Shown here: positions 1 through 8,575 of the stretch, piece after piece
How the letters are laid out: each line of letters opens with the position of its first letter
How positions within the stretch are numbered: position 1 is the stretch's first letter
Origin: an uncultured Candidatus Saccharibacteria bacterium
Lineage (GTDB): Bacteria > Patescibacteriota > Minisyncoccia > Phycocordibacterales > UBA9973
Length of the DNA: 64,000 nucleotides
Direction: 5' to 3'
Assembly: GCA_964474435.1 (NCBI GenBank)
Contig: CAYYSI010000001.1
Span: 126,647 to 190,646 of the forward strand
Notes under the pieces: model-generated
What the model saw: the letters and a program-made list of their open reading frames with translations, nothing else
The model's database searches: none
What the model was told of the DNA's origin: nothing
Made by a program: the position numbers and the translations under genes

Positions 1-59
1 CCAATACCAATGACTTTGATACGAGCAGCGGTTTCGATTTCGGGGATGACTTTTGGCAT
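1..59 (-). CDS. ftsZ: Cell division protein FtsZ, 5' end only (runs off window)
   Basis: Manual translation MPKVIPEIETAARIKVIGIG matches the FtsZ N-terminal IKVIGxG motif; lies downstream of ftsA. Confidence 0.9.
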   Translation of the reverse strand, partial: MPKVIPEIETAARIKVIGI

Positions 60-135
60 ATGTTTTTTCCCTTTCCACGGGGAGTTAGTGCTACAGCACA
101 TATACTAGCAGAACGAGGAAAAAGGGCAATGAATA

Positions 136-163
136 TTGACAAATAAATTGAATATGTTATTTT
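136..163 (+). promoter_or_regulatory. sigma70-type promoter for orphan 180..422
   Basis: TTGACA-16 nt-TATTTT with extended -10 TG. Confidence 0.6.
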
Positions 164-179
164 CAATAAAAAATAATTT

Positions 180-422
180 ATGAGCTATCGAAGAAAACTT
201 TCTATTGTGTTCATTACATTTATTTTCTTTATCGCAGGTTTCTTTGGTGGAGTTAATTGGGAATTTAAAAATAAAGGCGTAACTGACGCCGATACACCAG
301 ATATAATTTGTTCAGTACTATTTTGGACTGGCGCTATACTTTTGTTGGGTGCTCTTTTTTTAAAAAGAAAACCAAAAGTAAATGAACTCGAATCTGATAT
401 AGAAAATATTGGAAAAAAGTAA
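180..422 (+). CDS. AT-rich small two-TM membrane protein, antisense between ftsA and ftsZ
   Basis: 80 aa ORF with two hydrophobic segments, own promoter and terminator. Confidence 0.7.
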   Translation: MSYRRKLSIVFITFIFFIAGFFGGVNWEFKNKGVTDADTPDIICSVLFWTGAILLLGALFLKRKPKVNELESDIENIGKK

Positions 423-425
423 TTT

Positions 426-452
426 AGAACTCTTCGTTATTCGAAGAGTTCT
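426..452. terminator. Intrinsic terminator between convergent genes
   Basis: AGAACTCTTCG-ttatt-CGAAGAGTTCT followed by T tract. Confidence 0.75.
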
Positions 453-457
453 TTTAT

Positions 458-1630
458 TTACGGCATCAGTTGTTTGAAAAAGTTTTTGATGGTGTTGATG
501 AAGCCGTCGTGGTCGCCGGATGAAGAGTGAGTATTTTTGGACGACACTCGATCAACGATGCCAGTTGCGACGCCGTATGCAACAAGGAGACGTTGGTCTT
601 TGGTTTTGGTACCAGATGCAATGGGGAATTCGAGGAAGCCGATGCGAGCGGGGATTTTCAGCATATTTTTTGCAACACTTTCGATCATTGGGATCTGTGC
701 ACCGCCACCAATAATGATCGCACCTGCCGGGAGGAGTCCACTGCGTCCAATTTTTTTTAAATATTTATCGATGAGTTCAAAGATATCAGAGAGACGTGCT
801 TCAACTATTTCATCCAATCGTTTCTTTGGTACTGCCTGAAATGACACCACGCCGAGTTTGATGTTTTCTGCTTCTTCGGGGGTGACACGGAGTCCGAGTG
901 CGATGTCTTTGGTGATGTCGAGTGATCCGATGCCAAAGACATGGAGTGAAGTCACAGAATTATTTTCGTAAATTGATACAGACACAGTCTCTGCACCAAT
1001 GTCGATGAGTGCACAGCCAAAGTTGCGCTGGAGGTCCGTGAGCAAGAGTTGCTCCGTTGCAAGAGGGGTGGCGGTGAAGCTCGTGACTTTGACACCGGCA
1101 TCGCTCACCACTGCAAGCAAGTCATCGAGGTGTTGTTGGAAGCATGTGATAAAGAGGACTTTGATCTCGAGCTTGAATCCTTGGATACCTTCGGGGCGAG
1201 TCGGGAGCTCTTTGCCATCAACACGAAAGAGTATTGGGAAGGCATGCAGGATGACTTTGTTTTTGATCTCGAGTTTTGCTTCGGCATCTGCGATAGCTTT
1301 TTCGATATCGAGTTTACTGATGATGGAGTCAGCGCGCGTGACCATAGCAGAACCAGTTGCGTATTCGGCTCCTAGTCCGATGCCGCCGATCGCGAGACTT
1401 GCAGATCTAATGCGTTGCCCACTTGCTTGTTCGGCATCGCGTACTGCGAGTCGAAGGGACGCAACTGCTTCGTCGCGGTTGATGATATATCCATGGCGAA
1501 GTCCTCGACTCGGAGTCACGCTCTCGCCAATGATCCGTGGCAATGCACCATCGCTTGCAACAGAATCGCACACGACAATACGTGTGAGAGATGTTCCGAT
1601 ATCAATACCGACTGCAATGGATTGTTTCAT
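458..1630 (-). CDS. ftsA: Cell division protein FtsA
   Basis: GIDIGTS, LIDIGAET and IIIGGGA actin-fold motifs; true start MKQS at 1630 (the MYV extension comes from the inserted repeat). Confidence 0.95.
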   Translation of the reverse strand: MKQSIAVGIDIGTSLTRIVVCDSVASDGALPRIIGESVTPSRGLRHGYIINRDEAVASLRLAVRDAEQASGQRIRSASLAIGGIGLGAEYATGSAMVTRADSIISKLDIEKAIADAEAKLEIKNKVILHAFPILFRVDGKELPTRPEGIQGFKLEIKVLFITCFQQHLDDLLAVVSDAGVKVTSFTATPLATEQLLLTDLQRNFGCALIDIGAETVSVSIYENNSVTSLHVFGIGSLDITKDIALGLRVTPEEAENIKLGVVSFQAVPKKRLDEIVEARLSDIFELIDKYLKKIGRSGLLPAGAIIIGGGAQIPMIESVAKNMLKIPARIGFLEFPIASGTKTKDQRLLVAYGVATGIVDRVSSKNTHSSSGDHDGFINTIKNFFKQLMP

Positions 1631-1726
1631 CACGTACAAAATATGGCCGTGGCCGTTATTGGAAATAAGCTGTTAGTGTAAAAATTGTTTCGACCATATA
1701 TATCTCTATCACGATTTTGTACGTGA
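1630..1726. mobile_element. 97-bp MITE-like element inserted at the ftsA start codon
   Basis: TIR TCACGTACAAAAT (1630-1642) / ATTTTGTACGTGA (1714-1726); flanking direct repeat TTCA (1626-1629, 1727-1730); same TIR as 42063-42342. Confidence 0.75.
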
Positions 1727-1734
1727 TTCATTAA

Positions 1735-2127
1735 TTACCTTTGCGAAGCGAAAAACTTCATGAAGTGTTTTTCCTTACGCTCCATTGTACTCCCATGTTC
1801 CATTCCTTTCAAATGCAGCATGCTGTGAATGAGTATAAATATTACATATTCGTCGTATTCCATCTCAAATTTTTTATATTCTTTGCGCAATGCAGTTGTG
1901 CACAAAATGATCTCACCACTTTTTTCGGTGAGAGAAAATGAAAGTGTATTGGGAATGTAATCTTTCTTTCGGTGCTCAATATTGAGTGCTTGCGCGCGAG
2001 CAGGGGATACAAATGCGATCGAGAGTTCATACCCTTTGCCCAAGACTTTTTTCTTGATTGCCAAAAATGGCACGCCGGGTAGGGTGCCATTTCCAGAAAT
2101 TGAGAGGTTGTGTGCTTCGAATGTCAT
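1735..2127 (-). CDS. ybeY: rRNA maturation endoribonuclease YbeY
   Basis: IHSMLHLKGMEH (HxxLHLxGxxH) motif; LNIEHRKKDYIPNTLSF. Confidence 0.9.
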   Translation of the reverse strand: MTFEAHNLSISGNGTLPGVPFLAIKKKVLGKGYELSIAFVSPARAQALNIEHRKKDYIPNTLSFSLTEKSGEIILCTTALRKEYKKFEMEYDEYVIFILIHSMLHLKGMEHGSTMERKEKHFMKFFASQR

Positions 2128-2184
2128 TTGGTGGTTATATACCTTCGTCTCGCAAGCTCGACATAAGTGTCCGCTTCGCTCCCC

Positions 2185-2409
2185 TTACATTTTGCCCAAT
2201 TTCTTGAGGCGTTCTACTTCTTTGCGGCGAACGAGGCTCTTGATGCGCATATTCTTTTGTGCGAGTTTTGACATTGGGCGCACTGCGTAGCGGCCACCTT
2301 TTACCTTGGGGATGATCCCAGCTTCTTGCATCTTGCGCGAAAAGCGACGAATGAGGCTTGCCCCGTTTTCGTGTGCGTTTTTCTTGAGTTCTATATTAGT
2401 GGTCGGCAT
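2185..2409 (-). CDS. rpsU: 30S ribosomal protein S21 (divergent)
   Basis: Basic 74 aa protein with E..SLIRRFSRK...GII pattern. Confidence 0.75.
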   Translation of the reverse strand: MPTTNIELKKNAHENGASLIRRFSRKMQEAGIIPKVKGGRYAVRPMSKLAQKNMRIKSLVRRKEVERLKKLGKM

Positions 2410-2499
2410 GGGCGATATCGTACCATATCAACAAAAACTGTGCAATATAAAGGTTGACATTATATAAATGAAGCGTAGAGTAGCTAAAAACATTTTATT

Positions 2500-2943
2500 A
2501 TGGAACAAATATCGATCTTTAAAGGAACGCAAGAAATAGTAAAAACTATTTTCAATAAACAATCAGAAGTTACTCAATTGCAAAAAACTATAGATGAGGA
2601 AAAAGAGAAGTTGCGTAAGATACTTATCTCTAGCTCAGATTTTTCTGAAGAAGAAAAAAGATTCCTTGGTTTGAACGTTGTGTTTTCTATAGATTCAGTA
2701 CTTGATTCGATTATTAACAAAATTGTTGTAACTGAAAAAGAGATTTATATTAGATCATTTACTATAGAGATTGGATCAAATGAGATTAATCACAATGGGT
2801 TTGCATTTGATACCGGAAGACGTGAATTAAGAGCCATTGTCGATTCTATAGCAGCTAAATTTCAATCAACTGTAACGAATCATGAATTTGATCCAGGAGG
2901 AGATTATACTTATCGTTTCAATTTGCAGCCTATAAACAGTTGA
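2500..2943 (+). CDS. AT-rich hypothetical protein
   Basis: 147 aa ORF; TTGACA..TAGAGT upstream; hairpin 2950-2981 downstream. Confidence 0.7.
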   Translation: MEQISIFKGTQEIVKTIFNKQSEVTQLQKTIDEEKEKLRKILISSSDFSEEEKRFLGLNVVFSIDSVLDSIINKIVVTEKEIYIRSFTIEIGSNEINHNGFAFDTGRRELRAIVDSIAAKFQSTVTNHEFDPGGDYTYRFNLQPINS

Positions 2944-2987
2944 GATTTTATATTCCACTACTTGATAAGTTAGTGGAATATTTTTAT

Positions 2988-4859
2988 TTAAAACCTATCC
3001 GGATTCTGTTCTATTTTATAAGCAAACCTCATCGATTCGAGGAATGATTGGATGTGCATGCCTTCTTCTTCGATGTATGAGAGATGTGCTTTGATGATCC
3101 AGACCATGAGGACTTTCATACTGCCGAGATCAATGCGACGTGCGGGGAGTGCAGTGATGTCAGTGTCTGCGAAAAACTGCTCGATGGATTCTTTGACTTT
3201 GCCGCGATGACCTTCGGGCACGGTGAGCGATATTTTCACCAATAGTCCGTATGGCGGATACCCGAGCTCTTTGCGCATGATGAGCTCGTCATGCACGATG
3301 GCATTTATTTTTTGTGTCTCGAGTTGTTTGATGATAGGAAATGTTGGATTGCGCGTGCAGACGATGACTCCTTCGCTTGATGCTTGGTTGCATTCCATGA
3401 TGAGTCGCAGCACATTTTCGGTCGTAGAGAGTGATGGGGTCGAGAGCATGCGATCCATATAAGAGAAGAGGGTGTAGTGAATGCCTTTGAGATAGGGCAA
3501 TACTTTGATCGTGCCGATGACGACTGCAAATTTCTTTTGCTGGACGTCACGGATCAGAGCTTCGACGTCTTTGCTGTCGGGTGTGATGTCGTCATCCACG
3601 GTGAATACATTGTCAGGGCCGACCAGAGACGCTATTTCTTCATGAATACTTTCGGTCCCGATCATGAGCGGTGTGATATTCCAACTATCGCAGTACGTGC
3701 AGTTGTGTGTGGTCGGGAGTTCTTCGCCGCAATGCGTACAAATGAAATACCGTGCGCGCGTACCGTCGGGCATCACACGATTGCGCAACACCATCGGAAG
3801 CTCACACGCAGGGCACGTGACGATCGTGCCGCAGTCTGCGCAGCGCGAGAGTGGCGCGATACCTTTGCGGTTGGCATATATAAAGAGTCGGAATTTTTTC
3901 TTTTCGGCATGACGGATGAGGTCCATGACTTCGCTTGGGAGAGTCGTGCGATATGGTTCGATGGGTACGATGTGAAGCTTGTCAGGTATATACGTGCGCG
4001 GCAAATGATCAGCATTGAGGCGAGCAAGCGTTTCAAATCGAGGAATGGTATCACCCCAGGTGAGGTCGAGTCGTGCGTGTTCACAAAACGAGCGGATCAG
4101 GATGCGTGTGTCGATCGCATAGCGGTCATTGGTTTTGTACAAGTTGCTGCCTTCGTCTTCGGCAATGACAAAGCCGAGATCTGAGCGCGGTATCAAAAAG
4201 AATCCAGGAGTTACAAAGACGAGGAGTGGCCTATCTGATGTTTTGATAAGTGAAAAGTATGAACGCAAATTTTTCTTGGTGGTCTTGCTATGGAGGATGA
4301 CGATGTGTTTTTGGATGCCTTTTTCCAAACGCGTTGCCCATGTTTCGAGCGCGCGAATGGTGGGTGCGACGAAGTACACACTTTTCTTTGCGGCAAATGC
4401 GCTGCGGATGAGGCGTTTGTAATGATCAATACGGTCAAGTGTTGTTGCTGCAATCACGTGTTCCGTAAATGTGTCAGTTGTTGCAACACTTTCGCCCAAC
4501 ACATCGCCGAGCTTTTCGCCTTGCATGTATTCAAAAAGGAATTGTGGGATCGTGCTACCCGCAACTGCGCCGACTGGTGCGAGTGTTTGCATTGATGTTG
4601 CCTTGAGCGCGAGTATTGCTTGCTCAAAGTAGGGGAGATGCCCGAGTACTTGCTTTACTTTCTTGAGAGAAAAGGCAGCACTCTTGATGATGGACTTTGC
4701 TTCGGCAAGGGAGACACTTTCGATGACGACTCCGATGATGATTTGTCTCCCAAACGGGATCGAGACGAGGGTGCCAGGCGGCAAAAGCGACGCCGTATAA
4801 TAGGTCAGCGTGTCGAACGGGATACCTCGCGCTATAGGGATGATTGTTGCGACATACAT
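2988..4859 (-). CDS. priA: Primosomal protein N' (PriA), degenerate helicase core
   Basis: N-terminal LTY..G..V.IPFG; NRKG followed by four CxxC pairs; GYPPY near C-terminus. Confidence 0.88.
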   Translation of the reverse strand: MYVATIIPIARGIPFDTLTYYTASLLPPGTLVSIPFGRQIIIGVVIESVSLAEAKSIIKSAAFSLKKVKQVLGHLPYFEQAILALKATSMQTLAPVGAVAGSTIPQFLFEYMQGEKLGDVLGESVATTDTFTEHVIAATTLDRIDHYKRLIRSAFAAKKSVYFVAPTIRALETWATRLEKGIQKHIVILHSKTTKKNLRSYFSLIKTSDRPLLVFVTPGFFLIPRSDLGFVIAEDEGSNLYKTNDRYAIDTRILIRSFCEHARLDLTWGDTIPRFETLARLNADHLPRTYIPDKLHIVPIEPYRTTLPSEVMDLIRHAEKKKFRLFIYANRKGIAPLSRCADCGTIVTCPACELPMVLRNRVMPDGTRARYFICTHCGEELPTTHNCTYCDSWNITPLMIGTESIHEEIASLVGPDNVFTVDDDITPDSKDVEALIRDVQQKKFAVVIGTIKVLPYLKGIHYTLFSYMDRMLSTPSLSTTENVLRLIMECNQASSEGVIVCTRNPTFPIIKQLETQKINAIVHDELIMRKELGYPPYGLLVKISLTVPEGHRGKVKESIEQFFADTDITALPARRIDLGSMKVLMVWIIKAHLSYIEEEGMHIQSFLESMRFAYKIEQNPDRF

Positions 4860-4885
4860 GGAATCACTATACTATTTGTACTACC

Positions 4886-5905
4886 ATGTGGAAACTCCGT
4901 ACCAGCAAGAAGATCGGCATTGATTTGGGAACAACAAATACCCTTGTATACGTTGCCGGAAAAGGCGTTGTGCTCAATGAACCAACCGTTGTCGCAGTGG
5001 ACCGCACGACCAAGACTATTGTGGCGATCGGAGCAGAAGCCAAAGAAATGATCGGCAAGATCCCAGACTCGATCGCAGTCTACAGACCGATGCAAGACGG
5101 TGCGATCGCTGACTACAACATCACGTTTGCAATGCTCAGATATTTCCTCACCAAGGCACTCGGTCGCAGCTCACTTTTTAAACCTGACGTGCTCGTATCA
5201 GTGCCTGCAGGTATCACATCGACCGAACGCCGTGCAGTTGTGGAGGCTACGATGAAAGCCGGTGCAAAAAGCGCGATCATTGTAAAGGAAGCGATCCTCG
5301 CCGCACTTGGTGCAGGGGTCTCGATCAATGACGCAAAGGGATGCATGATCATCGACTCTGGCGGAGGTACGACTGACATCGCCGTGATCTCGCTCGGCGG
5401 TATTGTTGCATCCACATCAGTGAAATGTGGTGGCAACAAACTCGACCAAGCAATCATCGACTACATCAAACGCACCTACAACGTCATCATCGGCGACCAA
5501 ACTGCCGAAGACATCAAAAAGACTTTTGCTGCAGCACTCCCGATCAATCCAGACAGCACTGGAAGTGTCAAAGGGCGCGACACTGTTGCTGGACTTCCGA
5601 TCACACTCTCGGTCACAACTAATGAATTGGTTAAAGCGATTGACTACGAACTCAAACTCATCATCAAGGCGATCAAAAGCGTGCTTGAGCAAACTCCGCC
5701 TGAGCTCGCAAGTGACATCATCGACAACGGCATCGTCATGACTGGTGGTACATCAGGACTCGCACACTTGCCCGCACTCATCGAACAACAAACCGGTATC
5801 AAAGTCCGCGTTGCAGACGATGCAGCATTTGCAGTGGTGAAGGGGACAGGGATACTGCTGGATCATTTGGATGAATATAAGAGATCTATTTTGGTGAAAA
5901 GATAA
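4886..5905 (+). CDS. mreB: Rod shape-determining protein MreB
   Basis: [27 protein letters not shown] and TGGTS motifs. Confidence 0.95.
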   Translation: MWKLRTSKKIGIDLGTTNTLVYVAGKGVVLNEPTVVAVDRTTKTIVAIGAEAKEMIGKIPDSIAVYRPMQDGAIADYNITFAMLRYFLTKALGRSSLFKPDVLVSVPAGITSTERRAVVEATMKAGAKSAIIVKEAILAALGAGVSINDAKGCMIIDSGGGTTDIAVISLGGIVASTSVKCGGNKLDQAIIDYIKRTYNVIIGDQTAEDIKKTFAAALPINPDSTGSVKGRDTVAGLPITLSVTTNELVKAIDYELKLIIKAIKSVLEQTPPELASDIIDNGIVMTGGTSGLAHLPALIEQQTGIKVRVADDAAFAVVKGTGILLDHLDEYKRSILVKR

Positions 5906-5938
5906 AGCACCTTCATTGCTGAAGGTGCTAACTAATTT

Positions 5939-6196
5939 TTATTCGTTAGTCCAAACTGTATCTGTTCGATATGAATCGCATATGGTTACCAGATGTAGCC
6001 CATATCCATACTCCCATTTTTGCTTAAGAATATTATAGCCATAGTTATACTCCCATTTGTTCTCGCTATGGCTTTTAGTGCAAACCTCTACCGTGTAATA
6101 AGTTTTTTTATCACTTTTAGGGGGTTGGTTTGTAATGCAGGAATACAGAACTACAATTATCAAAACTAAGATCGATACATTTATTACATTTTTCAT
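5939..6196 (-). CDS. AT-rich small exported or lipoprotein-like protein
   Basis: Hydrophobic N-terminus ending YSC; internal repeat KWEYNYGY/KWEYGYGL; TTGACA-17-TAATGT upstream; hairpin 5906-5929. Confidence 0.65.
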   Translation of the reverse strand: MKNVINVSILVLIIVVLYSCITNQPPKSDKKTYYTVEVCTKSHSENKWEYNYGYNILKQKWEYGYGLHLVTICDSYRTDTVWTNE

Positions 6197-6295
6197 GCGT
6201 ATAAGTTTTTTGCAACATTACAAATTACCCTTGATTTTGTCAAATAGCAGAGTAGAATAAAGAAAAATATTTATAACTTTCTAAAAATTAATAGC

Positions 6296-6433
6296 ATGGC
6301 GTACTTAATCTCATCAGATGGTTTTATTGGAAAGGTTGAACAAGGGAGAGTTACGGTTATAAAACAACCTATTACTACTACCAAAGTAAAAGTCAGCAAA
6401 TCCAAGGCCTCTAAAAAGAAAAAAATAAAGTAA
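6296..6433 (+). CDS. Unannotated 45-aa Lys-rich small protein
   Basis: Manual translation MAYLISSDGFIGKVEQGRVTVIKQPITTTKVKVSKSKASKKKKIK; TTGATT-16-TAGAAT upstream; hairpin downstream. Confidence 0.5.
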   Translation: MAYLISSDGFIGKVEQGRVTVIKQPITTTKVKVSKSKASKKKKIK

Positions 6434-6518
6434 TGTGAAAAAGTGGTTTTTTATAGAGATTTCATCTGTCATAAGATGAAATTTTTTCTTTACACCAAAC
6501 ATAGTCTATACTTCTCCA

Positions 6519-7127
6519 ATGCTCGATTTCACCTCCTACAACCCCCAACGCATATTCCTCGTCCAAGGAAATGATGAGCAGTATGACGCAATCATTGCTG
6601 AGGCTAAAAGTAGTTGGCTGATCGTGCAGACATTGTCGGTGTCGCGATTTACGGTTGATCACGCGCATGATGTCGCATCATTTGCAGTAGAAGGAAGTGG
6701 AAGTGAGCGTATGCTTGTTGTGTACTTTTCAATATTCTCGCCAGATGCGGCACAAGTACTTTTGAAATCTCTTGAAGAGCCGGACGAGCTCACAACTATC
6801 GTCTTTGTCACTCCATATCCATATATTGTGCCGATCACTATCCGGTCGCGTGTCATGTTGTTGCAAACAGAGCGATCAGCAATCGTCCCGACCAAACGCA
6901 CGCACGCGCAAGCATTGCAGTATGTCAAAGATGAACTCTCGAGTGACTCTGATGACGATGCAGCAACACGCCGTGCAAAGGCCGTAGTATTCTTGGACGA
7001 ACTTGAAACACTCTACAAATCTGATCCAATGAAATCGCAAACCATCTACGATGCCAAACGCATGCTGTTCAAGGCAAACATGCCGACGAAATACGTGATG
7101 GAGTATGTTGTAACGGCCATACTTTAG
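6519..7127 (+). CDS. holB: DNA polymerase III delta'-like subunit (short)
   Basis: AAQVLLKSLEEP and TIRSR clamp-loader motifs. Confidence 0.75.
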   Translation: MLDFTSYNPQRIFLVQGNDEQYDAIIAEAKSSWLIVQTLSVSRFTVDHAHDVASFAVEGSGSERMLVVYFSIFSPDAAQVLLKSLEEPDELTTIVFVTPYPYIVPITIRSRVMLLQTERSAIVPTKRTHAQALQYVKDELSSDSDDDAATRRAKAVVFLDELETLYKSDPMKSQTIYDAKRMLFKANMPTKYVMEYVVTAIL

Positions 7128-7161
7128 GCTTGTTGTACAGACGAGCGAGGCAGTACACTGT

Positions 7162-7518
7162 ATGAAAATTACAGCCATGAAAAAAATATTTATTGTTCTG
7201 TTCATTCTTATTACGTCAGTACTTACTCTCCATGCACAAGCAAAACCATATGGTGGTCCTCCGGGCAACATGGTCAGTCGTGCCGATCCTGTCATAGACA
7301 CACTATTTATTGCAGTCGACGCAAATCTGGTTCCGGAATACAAAAGTGATCTAGTGTATGTGCAAATAAAAAGTGCAGTTTCTCTAACGGGTAAACGATC
7401 CTTTCGTACAACCAAGAAAAAATTTGCTGAGCTTCAAAAACAAAGACAAGGTAAACCAATATTAATTTCCCTCGTTGATGGAGAGCTTGGTGAATACTGG
7501 GTAACAAATGAGTACTAA
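7162..7518 (+). CDS. AT-rich secreted hypothetical protein
   Basis: MKK-hydrophobic-AQA signal peptide; downstream hairpin. Confidence 0.7.
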   Translation: MKITAMKKIFIVLFILITSVLTLHAQAKPYGGPPGNMVSRADPVIDTLFIAVDANLVPEYKSDLVYVQIKSAVSLTGKRSFRTTKKKFAELQKQRQGKPILISLVDGELGEYWVTNEY

Positions 7519-7623
7519 GCAGCAATTTCAGAAAAGGCGATCATCAAATGGTCGCTTTTTTATATGACGTATTTATAAATAAAAAACCCCTCGCAACAAT
7601 ACTGCTGCGAGGGCACGGAATGT

Positions 7624-7956
7624 CTAGATCATTCCGTGAAGTTCTTTTGTCTTTTGTACACGTTGATTGAACTCATCACCCACATCTTCATCTTTTAGAA
7701 CTTGAAGCGTATAGGTTGCTGTTTTTGTTTTTATCGTGTAGTAGTCATTTTCCAGAGGTATGATTTCGGTAATAGTGATGGTTACACTCTGTCTATTTAA
7801 TTCTTCAAGTCTTATTTTTTCTCCAACCCGGCACCAACTGGCTAGTCTGCCTGCCATGATAGTTCCGATAGGAAATAAGGCTACATGCTTTGGGGCAATT
7901 TCTGTTTTTGTTAAAAAAATAGGAGCGCCTAACATAATCAGTGTATCTGCTTTCAT
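7624..7956 (-). CDS. AT-rich hypothetical protein
   Basis: Start MKADTL chosen downstream of TTGACA-17-TATGGT promoter; hairpin downstream. Confidence 0.6.
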   Translation of the reverse strand: MKADTLIMLGAPIFLTKTEIAPKHVALFPIGTIMAGRLASWCRVGEKIRLEELNRQSVTITITEIIPLENDYYTIKTKTATYTLQVLKDEDVGDEFNQRVQKTKELHGMI

Positions 7957-8032
7957 ATTATTTTTTTTCATAACCATATAACTCAAAGTATGTATTGTCA
8001 ACGTACTGAGGGTCTATGATATACTGACAGCC

Positions 8033-8569
8033 ATGTATAACTTAGACGCATTTAAAGCAGAAGCAAAACAAGCCGAAGAATGGCTTATGAAAGAATATTC
8101 GCAAATCCACACGGGACGTGCGGCACCAGCACTCCTTGATGGTGTGCAGACCGAGAGTTATGGCGCATTTCAGCCGCTCAAAAATGTAGCAAGTGTTTCT
8201 ATAGAGGACCCAAAAACTCTGCGTGTCGTCCCATGGGACAAATCCCAGATCAAAGATATCGAACGCGCACTCCATGGTGCAAACCTCGGTTTCTCTGTGT
8301 CATCTGACGATGCAGGTGTTCGCGTGATCATCCCAGCGCTCACCACCGAGACTCGCAACCAGCTTGCAAAGATCGCCAAAGACAAACTCGAAGATGCACG
8401 CATCACCGTCCGCAAGGCACGTGAATCTATGCTCAATACTCTGAAAGGCCAAGACCTCCCCGAAGACACTATGCGTGGTGCCAAAGATGATCTCCAGAAA
8501 CTCGTCGATGCCGTCAATGACACACTCGAAGCCCAACTCAAGCGAAAGGAGGCTGAGATTCAGAGTTAA
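8033..8569 (+). CDS. frr: Ribosome recycling factor
   Basis: IHTGRA.PALLD, PWDKS and LTTETR motifs. Confidence 0.95.
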   Translation: MYNLDAFKAEAKQAEEWLMKEYSQIHTGRAAPALLDGVQTESYGAFQPLKNVASVSIEDPKTLRVVPWDKSQIKDIERALHGANLGFSVSSDDAGVRVIIPALTTETRNQLAKIAKDKLEDARITVRKARESMLNTLKGQDLPEDTMRGAKDDLQKLVDAVNDTLEAQLKRKEAEIQS

Positions 8570-8575
8570 TTTATA

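Noticed and set aside
1631-1639. MYV N-terminal extensions of FtsA and RecR (also 42064-42072)
   Set aside because: They come from the TIR sequence TTG-TAC-GTG, not from the host proteins.
3477-4184. Long antisense or alternate-frame ORFs (e.g. 999..1676, 11863..12510, 30082..30765, 59124..59708)
   Set aside because: Shadows of well-supported genes with no recognisable motifs.
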